64,000 nt of DNA, from positions 1,941-65,940 of the forward strand of contig JAKBNN010000080.1 in assembly GCA_021831025.1 (NCBI GenBank), given 5' to 3'. Position 1 is the stretch's first letter. Each line of letters opens with the position of its first letter. This document shows, one piece after another, positions 46,971-55,065 of this stretch. A model generated the notes under the pieces. The model was not told where the DNA came from. It ran no database searches and was given only the letters and a program-made list of their open reading frames with translations. This DNA comes from a bacterium (GTDB lineage Bacteria; SZUA-79; Acidulodesulfobacterales; Acidulodesulfobacteraceae). A program made the position numbers and the translations under genes.

Positions 46971-48266
46971 TTATAGGCTTGTTGCCAATTCTTTAATAAA
47001 GTTATTTAATGCCGCTTTAACGATATTTTTGTCCTCATCGTTATTCATCGCCGTCTTTGCCGCAATTAATCTGAACTCCTCGGCGGTTTTTTGATCTATA
47101 AACAGCAGCTTAATCTCGTCCGGTTTATTTATTAACATATTGAGCCTTAAAGCGGAATTAGATTCCACCTCTAACTTTAAACTGTTTAAAAATATTTTAT
47201 CGCTCAAATTTAATCCTCCCGTCTTGCTTACAATATTTTCGGCGTTTTTTTCCTCCATATTTACGGTATTATCTTTTGCGTTTGTGATTTTGGAATTATA
47301 TAATTCCCTGTACACGGAACTATTTTTATCTAAAAGAAGTTTATAGGAATCGACAAGTTTATGGATGTTTTCGCTTAACGCGATGTAGTTTTTTACATTT
47401 TCGTTTCCCCCGTCCTGAAGTTGTGTAATATGATGCACTTGAATTTTATCCAAGTTTTTGCCTTCTATATTCATATGCAATATATCCCTCGTTTTTACAT
47501 AATCTTTAATTTTTTGCCAGTTGTGGATAGATTCCATTTCGATAATATTTTTCCCGTCAATATTAACCTTGACATTTTTAAACCCGTCGGTTATTTTTTT
47601 GTAATCCCGCAATATTCCAAGGGACGGCTTTAGATCATTACGGATGCCCTTGCCGGTTTGCGCTTCGCTATTAAAATTATAGACGGACGGCGTTTCTTTG
47701 ATAAAGTATTCTACTTTTTTATAATCGTTAGAATGTTTAATTATAATGGTTCCCGGACAATATTTCTCCGGGTCGATATTTATATTATTTCCCTTTAGGG
47801 AAAAGTAATTTTTCAAAGTCAAATCGGATAATTTAAATTCATTGTTAAAATTATTATCGGCCCCAAAATTATTTGCCTTTCTTGCAAGATTAATTTCAAT
47901 AAATTTATCTTTAGACATTATTATATTTTTAATCGTGGTATTCCTTCCGTATGCCGTCATTGATTGGAACGATGCCCCTTGAACTTCAATAAAATTATTT
48001 TTAAGAAATATGCCGTTATAATTATTCCTGACATCCTTATCGACAAAACCGTAAGTATTGCACAAAAAATCCTCGTCGTTTTTAATTATAAAGCCGGAAT
48101 TTAAAAGCGATTTAATCTCCCGTTCCCCGTTCTCGATATCCTTGAATTTGTTCTTATTTTCTAAAGAATGGGATAAACCGTCTTTACTTTCATTTTTGAT
48201 TTTACCGCCCAGAAATTTATTGTCTTCCACGATATTAAGTTCCATTACGACATTGCTCCTTATCAT
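46971..48266 (-). CDS. hypothetical protein with an HNH-like nuclease motif
   Basis: 431 aa. Residues 277-303 read VHHITQLQDGGNENVKNYIALSENIHK, an HNH/EndoVII-like pattern (HH...GG...N...H) without Cys ligands. The rest is Asn/Lys-rich with no recognisable domain. Confidence 0.5.
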   Translation of the reverse strand: MIRSNVVMELNIVEDNKFLGGKIKNESKDGLSHSLENKNKFKDIENGEREIKSLLNSGFIIKNDEDFLCNTYGFVDKDVRNNYNGIFLKNNFIEVQGASFQSMTAYGRNTTIKNIIMSKDKFIEINLARKANNFGADNNFNNEFKLSDLTLKNYFSLKGNNINIDPEKYCPGTIIIKHSNDYKKVEYFIKETPSVYNFNSEAQTGKGIRNDLKPSLGILRDYKKITDGFKNVKVNIDGKNIIEMESIHNWQKIKDYVKTRDILHMNIEGKNLDKIQVHHITQLQDGGNENVKNYIALSENIHKLVDSYKLLLDKNSSVYRELYNSKITNAKDNTVNMEEKNAENIVSKTGGLNLSDKIFLNSLKLEVESNSALRLNMLINKPDEIKLLFIDQKTAEEFRLIAAKTAMNNDEDKNIVKAALNNFIKELATSL

Positions 48267-48343
48267 TTTTCGAACAATATTATGATAAATATTTACGATA
48301 AAATTAATATATCATTATAATGTTTCAATATTATGACAGTTTT

Positions 48344-48374
48344 GTTAAATTTGCGTTAAATTTTTGTTAAATTT
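48344..48374. promoter_or_regulatory. three phased GTTAAATTT boxes
   Basis: Identical 9-mers start at 48344, 48355 and 48366, an exact 11-bp period. They lie in the divergent spacer between the HNH-motif operon and cysS. Confidence 0.35.
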
Positions 48375-48492
48375 ATGTGTAAAAACGATTAAAAAAATTA
48401 GGGAAATATGTTAATATATAACATTGCCGTTATCCTTTAAGGTATAACCGGATTAAAATGAAAATAAATTTAAATGATAATCTATAAAGAAT

Positions 48493-49983
48493 ATGAATAA
48501 AAATAGTAAGTTATATATTTACAACACCGCCTCCTCGTCAAAGGAGCTTTTTAAACCTATCGAAGGGAACAGGGTCTTAATGTATGTTTGCGGAATTACC
48601 GCTTACGACCTGTCCCATATCGGGCATGCGCGCGCATACATTACCTTTGATATAATATACAGATATTTAAAACGGCTTGGTTATGATGTTGTATATGTGA
48701 GGAATTTTACCGATATAGACGACAAGATAATCAAAAGGGCGAATGAAGAGAATACCACCGTAAGTTCGATTTCCGAAAAATATATATGTGAATATCATAA
48801 AGATATGAATGCGCTTTCCCTTTTGCCGCCCGCATATGAACCAAGGGCTACCGAAACCGTTAAAGAAATGATCGATTTAACGAAAGGCCTTATAAATAAA
48901 GGTCATGCGTACGAGAAAAACGGGGATGTTTTTTTTAGGGTGAACTCTTACAAAGGATACGGAAAGCTTTCGCACAAAAACTTGGGCGAACTTTTGGCCG
49001 GCGCAAGAATCCCGTTAAACGAAGAAAAGGAAAACCTTCTAGATTTCGCTCTCTGGAAGAGGTCGAAACCGGGCGAGCCGTCATGGGACAGCCCATGGGG
49101 AAAAGGCAGGCCGGGCTGGCATATAGAATGCTCTGCGATGAGTATGAAGTTTCTGGGAGAAAGCATAGATATTCACGGGGGAGGGTCAGATTTGATATTT
49201 CCGCATCATGAAAACGAGATAGCCCAATCCGAAAGCTATACGGGAAAAAAGTTTGTGAATTACTGGATTCATAATGGATTTGTTAATATAAATAACGAAA
49301 AGATGTCTAAATCGCTTAAAAATTTTATTACGGTCAGGGATTTGCTTGAAAAATACAATCCCGAGGTTATAAGGCTTTTTTTTATGTTTACCCATTACAG
49401 GTCGTTTATAGATTTTTCGTTTGAGGGGCTTGAAAGCGCAAAACATAGCCTTGCAAGGCTTTATCAGGCTATAAATTTATATAAAGGTTTTAAAGACAAG
49501 GTAGATAAGGGCGGCATTAAGATTAACTATTTATTAAACGGGGAAACGGAAGAAATTAAAGATTTTAATAACGATTTTTATGATGCGATGAATGACGATT
49601 TCAATACTTCTTCGGCTTTATCGGTGATATTCAACCTCGTAAGAAAAATTAATAAAATTATTAACGATTCTTTATTGAGCGGCTCTATAAACCATAATGA
49701 CTTAAATTTTTTGGATAAAGCGCTATTACTTATCCCCTTAGTTTCGGACATATTTGGAATTTTAAAAGAAAATCCTGAACTTTTCATTGAAACGAACCTT
49801 AAAGATACATCAAAAATATCTTTAACGGAGGAAGAAATACAGGCTTTTATTGAAAAACGCAATATGCTTAGGCAGAAAAGGGAATATAAATCGGCGGATG
49901 AAATTAGAAATATGCTGCTGAAAAAAGGGGTATTACTGGAAGATTCCAATTATGGAACCACTTTTAAAACAATAAACGGATAA
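48493..49983 (+). CDS. cysS: cysteine--tRNA ligase
   Basis: Has HIGH (HIGHARAY) and KMSKS motifs and the zinc-binding Cys/His pattern. 496 aa. Confidence 0.95.
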   Translation: MNKNSKLYIYNTASSSKELFKPIEGNRVLMYVCGITAYDLSHIGHARAYITFDIIYRYLKRLGYDVVYVRNFTDIDDKIIKRANEENTTVSSISEKYICEYHKDMNALSLLPPAYEPRATETVKEMIDLTKGLINKGHAYEKNGDVFFRVNSYKGYGKLSHKNLGELLAGARIPLNEEKENLLDFALWKRSKPGEPSWDSPWGKGRPGWHIECSAMSMKFLGESIDIHGGGSDLIFPHHENEIAQSESYTGKKFVNYWIHNGFVNINNEKMSKSLKNFITVRDLLEKYNPEVIRLFFMFTHYRSFIDFSFEGLESAKHSLARLYQAINLYKGFKDKVDKGGIKINYLLNGETEEIKDFNNDFYDAMNDDFNTSSALSVIFNLVRKINKIINDSLLSGSINHNDLNFLDKALLLIPLVSDIFGILKENPELFIETNLKDTSKISLTEEEIQAFIEKRNMLRQKREYKSADEIRNMLLKKGVLLEDSNYGTTFKTING

Positions 49984-50041
49984 AAAGAAAATCATCCCCC
50001 TTTACTATATAATGTCAGGGGAGGGATGGGGCGGGGTATAT

Positions 50042-50236
50042 ATGAATATTAAAGAAATGGCGGATGAATTTCTTGTTTGCCCAAAATGCCATGGACATCT
50101 TGAGTTCATGTCGGTGCGGGAGGATGACAAGAATGAAAAAAAGATATTGGCTTGCAATGCTTGCGGCGTATATTATCCAATCGAGGATGACATCCCGATA
50201 CTTCTCATAGAAGAAGCCAAAAAAATAAATAAATAA
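50042..50236 (+). CDS. Trm112/YcaR family small zinc-ribbon protein
   Basis: Has CPKCHGHL...CNACGVYYPIEDDIPILLIEEA. ATG 50042 is preferred over the longer ORF from 50012. Confidence 0.7.
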   Translation: MNIKEMADEFLVCPKCHGHLEFMSVREDDKNEKKILACNACGVYYPIEDDIPILLIEEAKKINK

Positions 50237-50255
50237 CCTGCTAATTAATTCATAA

Positions 50256-51569
50256 ATGGATAATTTTGTAAAAATCAAACAAACTCTAGCGCTTGACGAA
50301 GCCCTTTTTTTAAAAATAAAAGAAAATATTTTTAGCGGCGGCAATGCAAACGGCGATAATTTAAGACCTAAAAAGTTCTGGCTTTTTGCCGAATCGCTTG
50401 GCGAATTCAGACGGGCTTTATACATTATAGGCATTATTAATAATATATCGGAAAAAAATAACGATAAAAATAAACCGCTATTTTTTATTAGTTTTAAGAC
50501 AAATTCCACTTATGCCCTTGCTAAAAAAATATTAAATCCGCCCGCGGATTTTAACAATATAATATATTTTTTTCATCCGTCCGGTATTTTTAAAAAATTG
50601 CCGAACCTTTATGTATCGACAATTAAGCCGGATTATTTTATATCTATCGAACACCCCGTATCTAATAAGTTAATCAGGGAACTTTTAAATGTTAACGCAA
50701 AGATATGTTTCCTCGATATAAATCCGCTCTTTTTTAAAAAAATCAGGACCCTGTCCTTAAAACATTCGCAAACTATTTTTATAACGGTATCCGGCGAGGG
50801 TAATAAAATTTTTTTAGAAAAAATTATATATTCGGATTCTTTAAATAATCCATTTCTAATAACCGTTTTACCGGATTTTTTAAAATTTAATTTAGATTTG
50901 GATAATAACGGGAATAATATGGAAGTTAGACGCGATAACAATAAAGACTTAGTCATATCTTTCGTATCCATTCATAAAAATGAATCAAAGTTTATCCTCG
51001 AAATGATTAAAGAAATCACACTTGACAAGGACTTAAATCAAAACCGTAATTTAAAATTTATCTTTGCTCCAAGAAATATAAAAATTTCATCGAAATTATT
51101 TAAAATTGCCTCAAATTTAAATCTTAAACCTGCATACCTTAAAAATATTAACGATAAAGATATAAGGGCGGGATTTCTGAAAAATAATAGTTTTCAATCG
51201 CTTATCGTTGACGATTACGGCAGCCTTGGCGGCATATATCCGTTATCCGATATCGTGTATGTAGGTAAAAGCCTGTATGAAAGCGAAAGAGGGGGGCATA
51301 ATATATTAGAGCCGGCTTCATTCGGAAAGGCTGTAATAACCGGAAGTTACGCGTCTAATTTTCGCGATGTCGTTAACTCTATGGTAAAAAATAACGCCGT
51401 AGCGGTTATCACGGAGCGGGATTTTAAAAATACTTTATATAAACTTATAAATGATGATATATACAGGCGGGATACCGGCTTAAACGCTTTAAACTATTAT
51501 CTCGAAAAAAGGGATAAATCAAAAGAGGCTTTAATTAACTATTTATCCGCTAATTTTATAAAACCTTAA
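50256..51569 (+). CDS. waaA: 3-deoxy-D-manno-octulosonic acid (Kdo) transferase
   Basis: 437 aa. Has the C-terminal GGHNILEPASFGKAVITG motif typical of KdtA/WaaA. The N-terminal domain is divergent and AT-biased. Confidence 0.75.
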   Translation: MDNFVKIKQTLALDEALFLKIKENIFSGGNANGDNLRPKKFWLFAESLGEFRRALYIIGIINNISEKNNDKNKPLFFISFKTNSTYALAKKILNPPADFNNIIYFFHPSGIFKKLPNLYVSTIKPDYFISIEHPVSNKLIRELLNVNAKICFLDINPLFFKKIRTLSLKHSQTIFITVSGEGNKIFLEKIIYSDSLNNPFLITVLPDFLKFNLDLDNNGNNMEVRRDNNKDLVISFVSIHKNESKFILEMIKEITLDKDLNQNRNLKFIFAPRNIKISSKLFKIASNLNLKPAYLKNINDKDIRAGFLKNNSFQSLIVDDYGSLGGIYPLSDIVYVGKSLYESERGGHNILEPASFGKAVITGSYASNFRDVVNSMVKNNAVAVITERDFKNTLYKLINDDIYRRDTGLNALNYYLEKRDKSKEALINYLSANFIKP

Positions 51570-51624
51570 ATCCCTGTAAAAATAAAAAACTTTTACTTAT
51601 AACAATAATGTCTATAACAATAAT

Positions 51625-52842
51625 ATGAACCTGCCTATATTAGTTTTAATGTCTAAATCGGCTTTGCTCTTCTTAATATTTTTCTTTTTATTTTTATACA
51701 TAAGGGTAAAACTTTTTAAATTAAAAATTAGTTTTTTAAATTTTGAACCGTCTAAAAGGCACAAAAACCTTGTTGAATTAAACGGAATAATACATTTTCA
51801 TACGGTTTATTCGGACGGCTCGGGAAAAATCGAGTATATCATTGAAATTGCAAAAAGGCTTAAAGCCGATTTTTTAATTTCATCCGATCATAATACCTTA
51901 AAGCCAAAATATGACGGCTTAGAGGGTTATTACGGCAGACTTCTTTATTTTGCCGCCGAAGAAATAAATACCGGGTTCGGACATCTTTTGGCGATCGGCA
52001 TAAATGATGAGATTAAAAAGGGGGATTACTTCGATGTGCTGTCCAAAATTAAAAAACAAAACGGCGTTTCTATAATTTGCCACCCGCACAACTGGTGGAC
52101 TCCATGGAAAAATTTTAAGGTGAAAGGTTATGACGGGATTGAAATCATAAACCTTGATTCACAGTGGAGAGGGATGAACCCTTTGTACATATTTCTTGTT
52201 TTTTTAACATACAGGATAAATCCGTTTTATGCCATGCACTTTTTATCGCATAAACCGAAAAAAACCATAAAATTTTGGGATAGCGTTCAAAAACATAAGG
52301 ATTTAAAAACGGGCATAGCCTCGACGGATGCGCATTCCAATGTTAAAATAACAAAGAATTTTAAGATTAAAATGCCTAAATACGAGGAGTTGTTCACGGT
52401 TGCAAGGACTCACATTTTGCTTGATAAAAAGCCCTCGGGAGATCAAGATAACGATAAAAAACTTATAGCAGGGGCAATAAAAAACGGAAAATGTTATTTT
52501 TCATACGATATGTTTGGACACCCGCAAGGTTTTTATTTCGAGATATTTTACGATGATAAGTTTTATGTTAGCGGCGATACATTAAATATGGACAAAAAAG
52601 ATAAAAATGCTATAATATATTCCGGCATTAAGATTAATCCTAAAAAAAATAGATTTGTTATAAGCCTGTTTCATAACGGCGCGAGGATATTTTCTTCCAA
52701 AAATAAAGATTTGGCGTACAAAATAGAACCGGTTTCTCGTTCATCGTTTTTTAGGGTTGAGATAGATGTATATTTCGGATGGAAGAAAATAACATATCTT
52801 TATTCCAATAATATCGAAGTTTATCGGACTATTCCAGATTAA
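51625..52842 (+). CDS. membrane-anchored PHP-domain metallophosphoesterase
   Basis: Has an N-terminal TM and the PHP signatures HFHTVYSDGSG, SSDHN and TDAHS. Confidence 0.7.
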   Translation: MNLPILVLMSKSALLFLIFFFLFLYIRVKLFKLKISFLNFEPSKRHKNLVELNGIIHFHTVYSDGSGKIEYIIEIAKRLKADFLISSDHNTLKPKYDGLEGYYGRLLYFAAEEINTGFGHLLAIGINDEIKKGDYFDVLSKIKKQNGVSIICHPHNWWTPWKNFKVKGYDGIEIINLDSQWRGMNPLYIFLVFLTYRINPFYAMHFLSHKPKKTIKFWDSVQKHKDLKTGIASTDAHSNVKITKNFKIKMPKYEELFTVARTHILLDKKPSGDQDNDKKLIAGAIKNGKCYFSYDMFGHPQGFYFEIFYDDKFYVSGDTLNMDKKDKNAIIYSGIKINPKKNRFVISLFHNGARIFSSKNKDLAYKIEPVSRSSFFRVEIDVYFGWKKITYLYSNNIEVYRTIPD

Positions 52843-52902
52843 GTTTACCGGTTAAATATAACAAATTAGATATATCTTAATCCTGCATTAGAATTAATTT
52901 GG

Positions 52903-52987
52903 CTGGATTCCCGCCTACGCGGGAATGACACTTGTGGGTTAAAATCTCAATCCTCGCATAGTCATTCCCGCGAAAGCGGGAATCCAG
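52903..52987. mobile_element. 85-bp MITE/REP-like element with 27-bp terminal inverted repeats
   Basis: CTGGATTCCCGC-CTAC-GCGGGAATGAC, a 31-bp core, then GTCATTCCCGC-GAAA-GCGGGAATCCAG. The right end translates to the spurious VIPAKAGIQ peptide often seen in metagenomic ORF calls. The whole unit is nested in an 18-bp inverted repeat (52876-52893 and 53020-53037, one mismatch). Confidence 0.65.
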
Positions 52988-53105
52988 AATTTGCATAGTC
53001 TTAAAGTAAATTATATAATTTCTAACGCAGGATTAAGGAATATAATAAAAATGATTGACATAGAGAAAATTAGATAAAGAATTTGTCTGGCATCCCTTTA
53101 CTCAG

Positions 53106-54401
53106 ATGCTAAACTGGGAAAATGAGCAAAACATTATTATAGAAAGGGGTGAAGGGGTTTATCTTTACGATATTCGCGGCAACAGGTATATAGACGGCGT
53201 ATCGTCTCTGTGGGTAAATATCTTTGGACACAATAACAGGGAATTAAACGAAGCTATTAAGGAACAGGTTGATAAAATATCCCACAGCACGCTTCTTGGG
53301 CTTGCAAATGTTCCATCCGCTATTCTTGCCCAAAAACTTATAGAAATTGCCCCAAAAAATCTAAAAAAGGTTTTTTATTCCGATTCGGGTTCGACATCGG
53401 TTGAAATAGCCTTGAAGGTTGCGTTTCAATATTTTAAACAAAGCGGCGCAAAGTTTAAAAATAAGCAAAAAATCATAGCGGCAACCTCCGCTTATCACGG
53501 AGATACTCTAGGAAGCGTTTCGGTAGGCGGGGTAGAGCTGTTTCATTCCATTTATAAGCCTCTCCTTTTTGACGCCATAAGAATTACATACCCTTATTGC
53601 TACAGGTGTCCATTTAATCTTAAATATCCGGACTGCGAACTTCACTGCGCCAAGGAAGCCGAAAAGGTTATCGGCTTTCATGCGGATGAGGCATGCGCGC
53701 TAATTATCGAACCTATGATACAGGGAGCCTCGGGCATGATAACTATGCCGATCGGATATATGAAAAAAATAGAAAAGGCATGCAAGGATAATAATGTTCT
53801 TTTGATATTGGACGAAGTCGCAACGGGGTTTGGCAGAACCGGCAAAATGTTTGCCGCCTTTCACGAGGATATTCATCCCGATATAATGTGTATTGCCAAA
53901 GGAATTACAGGAGGGTATCTCCCGATGGCGGCGACGCTTTTTACCAAGGAAATTTATGAAGGGTTTCTGGGAAATTATGAAGACAATAAAACTTTTTTTC
54001 ATGGGCATACTTATACGGGGAACCAGCTTGCCGCCGCTGCTGCCGTCAAATCCGCCGAGCTTTTCGAAAAATATGACCTGCTGAATAAAATTAAGCCCTT
54101 AATACCCTTTTTTAACGAAACCCTTAAGGACTTTAAGCTGCTTAACATCGTGGGAGATGTAAGAAACATAGGGCTTATGGCGGGCATAGAATTGGTCAAA
54201 GACGGAAACACAAAGGAAACTTTCGCACAAAAAGAAAGAATAGGGCATAAAGTTATTCTTAAGGCGCGGGATATGGGTGTTATCATAAGGCCGCTCGGCG
54301 ATGTTATCGTCATAATGCCGCCCCTTATCATTGACAGGCAAACCCTTGACACGCTCTTATCGGTAGTTTACGACTCTATCAAGTCCGTAAACATAAATTA
54401 G
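53106..54401 (+). CDS. bioA: adenosylmethionine-8-amino-7-oxononanoate aminotransferase (5' end apparently frameshifted)
   Basis: Class III aminotransferase with DEVATGFGRTGK and the PLP-lysine region IAKGITGG. The conserved N-terminal WHPFTQM is encoded upstream of the first in-frame ATG, and an ATG at 53051 is in another frame. Confidence 0.88.
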   Translation: MLNWENEQNIIIERGEGVYLYDIRGNRYIDGVSSLWVNIFGHNNRELNEAIKEQVDKISHSTLLGLANVPSAILAQKLIEIAPKNLKKVFYSDSGSTSVEIALKVAFQYFKQSGAKFKNKQKIIAATSAYHGDTLGSVSVGGVELFHSIYKPLLFDAIRITYPYCYRCPFNLKYPDCELHCAKEAEKVIGFHADEACALIIEPMIQGASGMITMPIGYMKKIEKACKDNNVLLILDEVATGFGRTGKMFAAFHEDIHPDIMCIAKGITGGYLPMAATLFTKEIYEGFLGNYEDNKTFFHGHTYTGNQLAAAAAVKSAELFEKYDLLNKIKPLIPFFNETLKDFKLLNIVGDVRNIGLMAGIELVKDGNTKETFAQKERIGHKVILKARDMGVIIRPLGDVIVIMPPLIIDRQTLDTLLSVVYDSIKSVNIN

Positions 54402-54410
54402 CGGGGAAGC

Positions 54411-55040
54411 ATGACTTGGAATCTTAAAGACTTAAATAAAGGCTATATTGGAATTTTTATACATTGGGCGCTTTCTTTAGGGTATCCGGGCATTATTTTT
54501 TTAATGATTCTGGAGTCTTGCGCCCTTCCCGTTTCATCCGAGGTTGTTTTAGGGTTTTCCGGTTTTTTATCGGGAGAGGGTAAGATAAATTTTTATCTTG
54601 TGGTTTTGAGCGCAACCGTCGGAACATTTATCGGCTCATCCCTGCTTTATTATATCGGAAAAAAGGGCGGAAGACCGTTAATCGAAAAATACGGGCGATA
54701 TTTTCTTATTAATAAAAAGGATATGGATAAAGCAACCGCGTGGTTTAAAAAATATGGGAGTCTTGCGGTATTTGTCGGCGTTTGCCTGCCTGTCATAAAA
54801 ACCTATATAGGTTTTCCGCCGGGCGCTTCCCTTATGAATTATAAAAAATTTAGCTTTTACATCATATCAGGTTCCCTTGTTTATAATACGGGTATAACAT
54901 ATTTAGGTTTGATAGTGGGGAAAAATATAAAGGTTATCCTCCCATACTTTAGCAAATTTGGAACCTTCATAATATTGATTGTTGCAATATTTATAACAAT
55001 ATACCTTTACAGGCATATCAAATCGGCGCTCAAAAATTAA
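54411..55040 (+). CDS. DedA family membrane protein
   Basis: 209 aa. Has the typical pattern ESCALPVSSEVVL...GR and multiple TM helices. Confidence 0.85.
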   Translation: MTWNLKDLNKGYIGIFIHWALSLGYPGIIFLMILESCALPVSSEVVLGFSGFLSGEGKINFYLVVLSATVGTFIGSSLLYYIGKKGGRPLIEKYGRYFLINKKDMDKATAWFKKYGSLAVFVGVCLPVIKTYIGFPPGASLMNYKKFSFYIISGSLVYNTGITYLGLIVGKNIKVILPYFSKFGTFIILIVAIFITIYLYRHIKSALKN

Positions 55041-55065
55041 CCGTTACGGGGGGGACACCGCGGGT

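Noticed and set aside
24080-48266. Calling the whole 24-48 kb stretch a defined integrative conjugative element.
   Set aside because: I found no integrase, no relaxase and no clear direct-repeat att boundaries. The tRNA-Ser fragments at 21.4 kb are separated from the cluster by hldC and pyk. Only the T4SS cluster and individual accessory genes are reported.
48267-48492. A T-box or other riboswitch leader upstream of cysS.
   Set aside because: I could not find a specifier-loop or T-box (AGGGUGGNACCGCG-like) sequence or a terminator/antiterminator pair. The region looks like a plain AT-rich divergent promoter with short direct repeats.
50015-50509. A 164-aa minus-strand ORF spanning the Trm112-like gene and the waaA start.
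   Set aside because: It overlaps two motif-supported plus-strand genes. Its hydrophobic composition reflects antisense AT-rich codons.
52903-52987. A CRISPR array, suggested by the repeated palindromic CCCGC...GCGGG units here and at 59093-59227.
   Set aside because: There are only two inverted (not direct) copies per locus. The spacing is irregular, there is no regular repeat-spacer periodicity, and there are no cas genes in the window. The units behave as REP/MITE hairpins.
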